The notes under the pieces were generated by a model that saw nothing but the letters and a program-made list of their open reading frames with translations, was not told the origin of the DNA and ran no database searches. Shown here in pieces: positions 6,573 through 12,583 of a DNA stretch of 14,742 bases. Each line of letters begins with the position of its first letter. Positions within the stretch are counted from its first letter, which is position 1. The DNA comes from Candidatus Eiseniibacteriota bacterium (GTDB taxonomy: Bacteria > Eisenbacteria > RBG-16-71-46). The stretch lies in contig JANLOX010000349.1 in the NCBI GenBank assembly GCA_031366795.1, forward strand, positions 1 to 14,742, read 5' to 3'. The translations under genes and the position numbers were made by a program.

Positions 6573-8927
6573 ATGGGACTGCTGAGTCACTTTCTCGCCG
6601 AACGACGAGTCCAGCGGCTCAAGTCTGCCCAATCCTTGGACGAGGCGACGCTCCGAAGCATCCAGGATGAGCTGGTCGCCCATGGCGCTAGCGTAATTCC
6701 TGCGCTGCTCGAGTCGCTGAGTCATGGCGAGGCGCGTCCCGCGTCCCTCGCCGTGCTCGAGCGCCTGCTGTCGCCGGAGACGGCGGACACGTTCGTTCGC
6801 GCACTCGGCTCCCCGAATCCCGCGATCGTTTCGGGGGTCAGCCGCATACTTTGCGAGTCGAAGAATTGTCCGGCGGTGGCACTGTTGCCCGCGCTCTCGC
6901 AGCCGGGAGTTTCACGCAATACGCTCGAGACGATCCTGGTGGCGCGGATGGAGAACCTGCCCATCGAGCGCATCGTCTCCGAGATGGACGCCTACTCGCG
7001 GGAAACGCAGGCGATGCTGATGCGCGCGTTCGAGCGCAGCCTGCCGGAAGCCCACTGCGCCGCGATTCTGCCGCTGACGCGCGCTGAAGACGTGCGCATT
7101 CGGGCCAGCGCCGCGCGCATCCTGTCCCGCTTCCCGTCGCCCGTGTCCGAGGGTGCGCTGCGGGGACTCCTGAGCGACGCGAACAAAGGTGTGCGACTCG
7201 AAGCGGTCAATGCCCTGATTGCCCGGAAGTCCACTGGGGCGGTGCCGGACCTGGTTCCATTGCTCCGCGACGGGGACTTCAAGGTCCAGACCGCCGCGAT
7301 CGACGCGTTGTGCGCGCTCGCCGACGACCGCGCGGTACCGCTGCTGATCGCGGTGCTGACCGACGAAGTCGATACCGCTCGCCGCGCCGCGGTCGAGGTG
7401 CTGAATGCCATTGCGACTCCCGAGGCGATCCAGGACCTCGTGCGCGCGCTGCGTGACCAGGATTGGTGGGTGCGAGTGCGCGCGGCCGACGCGCTCGGAA
7501 CCCTTGGTGGGGAGCGCGTCGTGCAGGCGGTAATCGGTTTGCTCCGCGACGAGGACGACTTCATCCGCCGCCACGCGATCGAGGTGCTCAACGCAGTCCC
7601 GAACAAGCTGGCGGTGGAGCCGCTCATGGAATCGCTCATGGATTCGGACTGGTGGGTGCGCGAACGGGCGATCGACGCACTGGGCAAGACGCGTGACCCG
7701 CGGGCGATCGACCGGCTCGCGCGTTTGATGACCGAAGACCCTGCATGCGGCGCGTTCTGCGCGCGCGCCCTGGGCGCCATCGGTCATGTGGACGCGCTGG
7801 ATCCCTTGCTTGCGGCGGGCCGTTCCGACCACGAAGAGACGCGCAATGCGGCAATCGAAGCGTTGAAGTCGTTCCCGCAGGAAGGCCTTGATGCCGCCCA
7901 GAAGTCCGGCATCACTGACTTGATTGGCCGCTCGAATTCGCCGTCCGGTGGCGGCACACACCGGCCGATGCGCGCGCATTCCCGCCCCGAGCGCGGGGAA
8001 GACGCCCCGCGCCTTGCGACACCTGCTTCGCCTGCTCCCGTGAGCCCGTCCTCGACGCCGGCGCTCAACATGAACTTCTCAAATCTCGAGGCGGGGACGA
8101 CGCTGCTCGACCGCTACAGGATCCTTCGCGCGATTGGGCGAGGTGGGTTCGGCACGGTCTACCTGGCGGAAGACCAGGCGATCAGCGAGGACATCATTCT
8201 CAAGGTGCTCAATCCCCAATTCTCGGCCGACGAGAGCGCCGAGCGGCGCTTCGTGCTCGAATTGAAGGTGACGCGCAAGATCACGCACCGGAACGTGATT
8301 CGCATCTATGACTTCCTCGATCTGGGCGGTGCCCGCGCGGTGTCGATGGAGTACTTCCCGGGGCGCGACCTCGGCAAGTTGCTCGCCGAGGAATCCCCGC
8401 TCGATCCTGCCCGCAGCCTGCGCGTGATCGCACAGGTGTGCGAAGGCTTGGCCGCCGCGCACGCGGTGGGCGTCGTGCATCGCGACATCAAGCCGCCGAA
8501 TATTCTGGTCGGCATGGATGACGAGACCCGCGTCGTGGATTTTGGTCTCGCATCGGCGGGACAGCAGTCGGGCTCGCGGCTCACGAAGAGCGGACTGCTC
8601 ATCGGGACGCCGGAATACATGGCCCCCGAACAGATCTCGTCCGAGGAAGTCGATCATCGTTGCGACATCTACTCGGTGGGGATCGTGATGTACGAAATGC
8701 TGACGGGTGTCCGCCCGTACACGGCTGAGACCCCTGTCAAGGTGCTGTTCCGCCACCTCGAGGGCGAAGCGACTCCCATGGCGTCGCTCGCGCCGCACCT
8801 GCCGGACAGCCTGATCGCACTGACGATGTCGACGATGGCGCGCCACCGTGAGGACCGGCCGGAAAGCGCGGCCGTGCTGCACGACCGACTGCTCGAGGAA
8901 TGCGTCCTGCTCGAGAAGGCGGCCTGA
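6573..8927 (+). CDS. HEAT-repeat Hanks-type Ser/Thr protein kinase (cytoplasmic)
   Basis: About ten HEAT/PBS-lyase-like repeats (L.D.D..VR..A..ALG), then a Pro/Ser linker. Kinase motifs GRGGFGTV, ILK, HRDIKPPN, DFG, GTPEYMAPE and DIYSVG. No TM segment seen. Confidence 0.93.
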   Translation: MGLLSHFLAERRVQRLKSAQSLDEATLRSIQDELVAHGASVIPALLESLSHGEARPASLAVLERLLSPETADTFVRALGSPNPAIVSGVSRILCESKNCPAVALLPALSQPGVSRNTLETILVARMENLPIERIVSEMDAYSRETQAMLMRAFERSLPEAHCAAILPLTRAEDVRIRASAARILSRFPSPVSEGALRGLLSDANKGVRLEAVNALIARKSTGAVPDLVPLLRDGDFKVQTAAIDALCALADDRAVPLLIAVLTDEVDTARRAAVEVLNAIATPEAIQDLVRALRDQDWWVRVRAADALGTLGGERVVQAVIGLLRDEDDFIRRHAIEVLNAVPNKLAVEPLMESLMDSDWWVRERAIDALGKTRDPRAIDRLARLMTEDPACGAFCARALGAIGHVDALDPLLAAGRSDHEETRNAAIEALKSFPQEGLDAAQKSGITDLIGRSNSPSGGGTHRPMRAHSRPERGEDAPRLATPASPAPVSPSSTPALNMNFSNLEAGTTLLDRYRILRAIGRGGFGTVYLAEDQAISEDIILKVLNPQFSADESAERRFVLELKVTRKITHRNVIRIYDFLDLGGARAVSMEYFPGRDLGKLLAEESPLDPARSLRVIAQVCEGLAAAHAVGVVHRDIKPPNILVGMDDETRVVDFGLASAGQQSGSRLTKSGLLIGTPEYMAPEQISSEEVDHRCDIYSVGIVMYEMLTGVRPYTAETPVKVLFRHLEGEATPMASLAPHLPDSLIALTMSTMARHREDRPESAAVLHDRLLEECVLLEKAA

Positions 8928-8929
8928 GC

Positions 8930-10048
8930 ATGTCGCGTCTCGATGCCTTCCTCCAGATGGGCCGTGAACAGGGTTGCTCGGATATTCACCTGACGGTCGG
9001 TCTTCCGCCGCTCGGACGGCTCGATAGTGAAATGACCGCGTTCAAGTATCGCGACCTGACTGAAGAAGAACTGACCTCGCTGCTCCGCGAAGTGATGGAC
9101 GAGGCGGCCACGGCGGAGCTCAACCGGCGGGGCGCGACCGATTTCACCTACTCCACGCAGGAATTTGGACGCTTCCGCATGAACGTATTCCGCCACCGGC
9201 GCGGGTTGGGGGCGGTCTGCCGGATCATTGCGGCCAAGGTTCCAAAGCTTGCGGACTTGGGACTGCCCGCGATCGTATCGGAATTCACGAAGCTGCCCTC
9301 CGGGCTCGTGCTCGTGACGGGTGGCCCTGGCACCGGCAAGTCGACGACGCTGGCCGCCATGATTGATGAGATCAACGAGCGCGAGCACCTGACCGTGATG
9401 ACGCTCGAGGACCCGGTCGAAATGCTGCACACGTCCAAGAAGTCTCTCGTGATCCAGCGGGAGATCGGGCGGCAGGTGCGGAGTTTCCACGAGGGCCTGC
9501 GCTCGGCGTTGCGGCAGGATCCTGACGTCATGCTCATCGGTGAAATGCGCGACGCCGAGACGATCGCTGCGGCGATCGAAGCCTCCGAGACCGGCCACCT
9601 CGTGTTTGGGACGCTGCACACCCGAGGCGCGCACCAGACGATCAATCGGATCGTGGACGCGTTCCCCTCCGAGTCAAAAGCGCAGATTCGCCACACGCTC
9701 GCCGACAACCTGCGCGCGGTCGTGAGCCAGGAACTGGTGCGGAATTTCGATGGGCGAGGCCGGCGCGTGGTGCCCGAGATTCTCGTCATGACGCCCGCGA
9801 TTTCCCAGATGGTCCGGGAGGGCAAGTCGCACCAGATCCCTACCGCCATGGCAACGGGGCGCAGGCTCGGTATGCAACTGCTCGACCAAACCTTGCTTAA
9901 GCTCGTGCAGTCGGGTGACATCGATCCGAACGAAGCGTTCCTCAAGGCGATCGACAAGCGCGAGTTCATCTTCTTCGTCACGGACCCAGGCCTGCTGGCG
10001 CTGGCGGATTCGGGCGGCTCCGGCGGGCCGTTGCGGGAGGCGGCATGA
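8930..10048 (+). CDS. pilT: PilT/PilU-family type IV pilus retraction ATPase, copy 1
   Basis: SDIHL, GRFRMN, Walker A GGPGTGKSTT, TLEDPVE, ALRQDPDVMLIGEMRD, TGHLVFGTLHT. Start set at ATG 8930, 2 nt after the kinase stop. Confidence 0.92.
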   Translation: MSRLDAFLQMGREQGCSDIHLTVGLPPLGRLDSEMTAFKYRDLTEEELTSLLREVMDEAATAELNRRGATDFTYSTQEFGRFRMNVFRHRRGLGAVCRIIAAKVPKLADLGLPAIVSEFTKLPSGLVLVTGGPGTGKSTTLAAMIDEINEREHLTVMTLEDPVEMLHTSKKSLVIQREIGRQVRSFHEGLRSALRQDPDVMLIGEMRDAETIAAAIEASETGHLVFGTLHTRGAHQTINRIVDAFPSESKAQIRHTLADNLRAVVSQELVRNFDGRGRRVVPEILVMTPAISQMVREGKSHQIPTAMATGRRLGMQLLDQTLLKLVQSGDIDPNEAFLKAIDKREFIFFVTDPGLLALADSGGSGGPLREAA

Positions 10049-11118
10049 CACAGTCCCGCGTTCACGCGTTCTTGGAGCTCGCGGTCCAACAAGGGGGCTC
10101 GGACCTCCACCTGGTCTCCGGCCATACCCCCCACATCCGGATTCACGGCCGGCTCCAGCCCGTGCGTTTCCGCGAACTCTCGGTCGAGGACGTCGAAGAC
10201 CTCTTGCACGAGTGTATGACCGACGCGCAACGCCGCCAGTTGGACGAAAAGTGCTCCGCGGACTTCGCCTACAGCATCGATGGCCTGGGCCGCTTCCGCG
10301 TCAATGCCTACCGGCACGCGAGCGGACTCGCGGCAGCACTTCGCGTGGTGCCGGCCAAGGTGCCTTCGTTCGAGTCGCTGGGGCTTCCCGCGAGCATCAA
10401 GTCGCTGGTCCTGCAGCCCAAGGGGCTCATCCTCGTCACCGGGGCCACGGGGTCGGGCAAGTCGACCACGCTCGCGGGCATCGTCGACCTGATCAATTCG
10501 TCTCGCAAGGGGCATATCATCACGCTCGAGGATCCGATCGAGTTCTTCCACGATTACAAGAAGTGCGTCGTCACCCAGCGCGAAATCGGCAGCCACGCCG
10601 AGAGTTTCTCTGAAGCGCTGCGCGACGCCGTGCGCGAAGACCCGGATGTGATTCTCGTGGGCGAGTTGCGCGATCTCGAGTCGATCTCGCTGGCCCTCAC
10701 GGCGGCGGAGACGGGGATCCAGGTGCTCGCCACGCTGCATACGGGTAGCGCGCGGCGCACGATCGACCGCATCGTCAATGTGTTTCCCGAACGGCGGCAG
10801 GACCAGATTCGTTCCATGCTCGCCGACAGCCTGCGCCTCGTGATCTCGCAGCGTCTCGCGCGCACGATCGAGGGCCATGGCCGCGTGGCGGCGCACGACA
10901 TCCTGGTGAACACGCATGCCGCGGCGACGATGATCCGCAATGGCAACAGTCACAAGCTCGAGTCGGTCATGCAGACCGGTGGAGCTGCCGGCATGCAGAC
11001 GCTCGATGCGGCGCTCAAGGACCTGGTCCGCCGCAAGGTCATCGGGGTCGAGGAAGCGATCGAGCTGGCGTTGGATCCCTCGCAGTTCGACATGCTGGCG
11101 CGCGACGCCGCGGCCTGA
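10045..11118 (+). CDS. pilT: PilT/PilU-family type IV pilus retraction ATPase, copy 2
   Basis: SDLHL, GRFRVN, GATGSGKSTT, TLEDPIE, REDPDVILVGELRD, ATLHT, GMQTLD. ATGA overlap with copy 1. Confidence 0.92.
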   Translation: MTQSRVHAFLELAVQQGGSDLHLVSGHTPHIRIHGRLQPVRFRELSVEDVEDLLHECMTDAQRRQLDEKCSADFAYSIDGLGRFRVNAYRHASGLAAALRVVPAKVPSFESLGLPASIKSLVLQPKGLILVTGATGSGKSTTLAGIVDLINSSRKGHIITLEDPIEFFHDYKKCVVTQREIGSHAESFSEALRDAVREDPDVILVGELRDLESISLALTAAETGIQVLATLHTGSARRTIDRIVNVFPERRQDQIRSMLADSLRLVISQRLARTIEGHGRVAAHDILVNTHAAATMIRNGNSHKLESVMQTGGAAGMQTLDAALKDLVRRKVIGVEEAIELALDPSQFDMLARDAAA

Positions 11119-11193
11119 GCGGGATCTTTACCAGCGCGAACGAGCGGTGAAGCTAAGGGGAGATGCGGCGTGTAACCCTTGCCACGCCCTGCG

Positions 11194-12393
11194 TCAGGCG
11201 GCTTGCCGCTGCTGTCCGTCGTAGAGCATCACGAGGATGCCCGGCATTTCACGCTGCAGCGCATCGATGACTTCAGGGTCCCACTCGGCGCCCCTGCCTT
11301 GCTGCAGGATGTTCTGGATCTGCGCCGGCGACATCGGCTGCTTGTAGGCGCGCGCGGAGATCAGCGCGTCGAAACAATCGGCGACCGAGATGATCCGGGA
11401 CTCGAACGGGATCTTGTCCCCGGCGATCCCATAAGGGCCACTACCGTCCATTTTTTCGTGATGGTAGGCGGCGATCTCGGGGACCTGGTGTAGATGAGCG
11501 GGATAGCGGATGCGATCCAGGATGCCCTGGGTCATGCTCGCGTGCCGGTCCATTTCGGTCTTTTCTTCAGCGGAAAACTTGGACGGCTTGAACAACAGTT
11601 CATCGCGCACGCCCTGCTTGCCCATGTCGTGGAGCAGGGCGGCAACGCTCAACACCTGGATGCGATTGCGTGAGAGTTTGAGCGTGCGTCCAAGGTACAG
11701 GGCCAACTGCTGGACCCGACGGGAGTGGGCGGCAGTCTCGGGATCCTTCAGGAGCAGCGTGTGCATCAGCGCTTCGATCGTGGACTCGAACGCGCTCGTT
11801 TGGTCCCGGTAGAGCTGCAGGTTATCGAGACCGAGTGCCAGGTAGTGCGCGAACAGCGCGAGCCGGTCGACGTCCTTGCGGGTGAACGCACCCTTGGCGG
11901 GATGACGGATATCGATCTGGATCACGCCGAACGACCGCACGCGGTTCCACAGCGGAGCGCAGATGGCGCCCTCGATGCGCGACAGCTGCAGGCTCGCGGA
12001 ACCGAGGGTGGCATCGGGGTGGTTCGTGTAGAGCAGGGCGACGCCGTCGCGAATGACGTTGTTGACGAGCGTCCGGCTGAGCGGAATCGCGGGCACATCG
12101 CCGTCCCGGTCGCCGGAAACGAGGATGTTCATCTCCATGGTCTTGTCCACGGCGGTGTTTATCGTGACGATCGCCAGGTGCGATGCCTGCGGGAAGGCGA
12201 GGAACGTGAACTCCCTCACCTTGGCAATGAGGGATTCCTCGTCGTGCGAGAGTTGCGACGTCTCGCGCACAAAGCTCAGGAAAAGATCAGCTTCCTTGAG
12301 CCCTGCGCCCATCAGGTCCACCTGCACCCGTTCCAGGTCGGTGACCGAGCGGGAGTGGAGGACCGTATATTCAGACGGCTCGGCGATGGACAT
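11194..12393 (-). CDS. GAF plus HD-GYP-type cyclic dinucleotide phosphodiesterase (likely start ATG 12393; alternative TTG 12459)
   Basis: GAF: SRTLV...ICAPL...GVIQID...FT..D..L. HD-GYP: KDPETAAHS, LHDMGK, HHEKMDGSG, RIISVADCFDA...RAYK. A promoter motif directly upstream of 12393 favours that start. Confidence 0.9.
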   Translation of the reverse strand: MSIAEPSEYTVLHSRSVTDLERVQVDLMGAGLKEADLFLSFVRETSQLSHDEESLIAKVREFTFLAFPQASHLAIVTINTAVDKTMEMNILVSGDRDGDVPAIPLSRTLVNNVIRDGVALLYTNHPDATLGSASLQLSRIEGAICAPLWNRVRSFGVIQIDIRHPAKGAFTRKDVDRLALFAHYLALGLDNLQLYRDQTSAFESTIEALMHTLLLKDPETAAHSRRVQQLALYLGRTLKLSRNRIQVLSVAALLHDMGKQGVRDELLFKPSKFSAEEKTEMDRHASMTQGILDRIRYPAHLHQVPEIAAYHHEKMDGSGPYGIAGDKIPFESRIISVADCFDALISARAYKQPMSPAQIQNILQQGRGAEWDPEVIDALQREMPGILVMLYDGQQRQAA

Positions 12394-12400
12394 GGGCGGG

Positions 12401-12429
12401 GTATCGGCGGTGTAAGTGCCCGCCTTGAG
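12401..12429 (-). promoter_or_regulatory. sigma28-family promoter of the GAF/HD-GYP gene
   Basis: Minus strand reads CTCAAG-N15-GCCGATAC, then 7 nt, then ATG 12393. Confidence 0.7.
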
Positions 12430-12454
12430 CAGTCGTTGACCGTTACCGGTTTCC

Positions 12455-12483
12455 CTCAACTCGGGTCCTCAGGCAGCCGACAA
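12455..12483 (+). promoter_or_regulatory. sigma28-family promoter of the TM/HD-GYP/PP2C gene
   Basis: CTCAAC-N15-GCCGACAA, back-to-back with the minus-strand motif and about 100 nt upstream of TTG 12584. Confidence 0.65.
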
Positions 12484-12583
12484 TACGTTAGGAATATCTT
12501 ATGGACTGACCTCGACGAAGACGGGCTGCGTCCGGCAGTTCATGTCACCGAATTCCGCCCCGCAGTTCAGCGAAGGAGCGGCG

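Noticed and set aside
8900..8929. ORF-track start of pilT copy 1 at 8900
   Set aside because: It overlaps the kinase C-terminus. ATG 8930 gives a typical PilT N-terminus that aligns with copy 2.
9148..10953. 601-aa minus-strand ORF and other long antisense ORFs over kinase/pilT genes
   Set aside because: Shadow frames expected in high-GC coding DNA; the plus strand carries all recognisable motifs.
11119..11193. Terminator between convergent pilT2 and HD-GYP genes
   Set aside because: Only a 6-bp GGCGTG/CACGCC stem with a long loop and no U tract.
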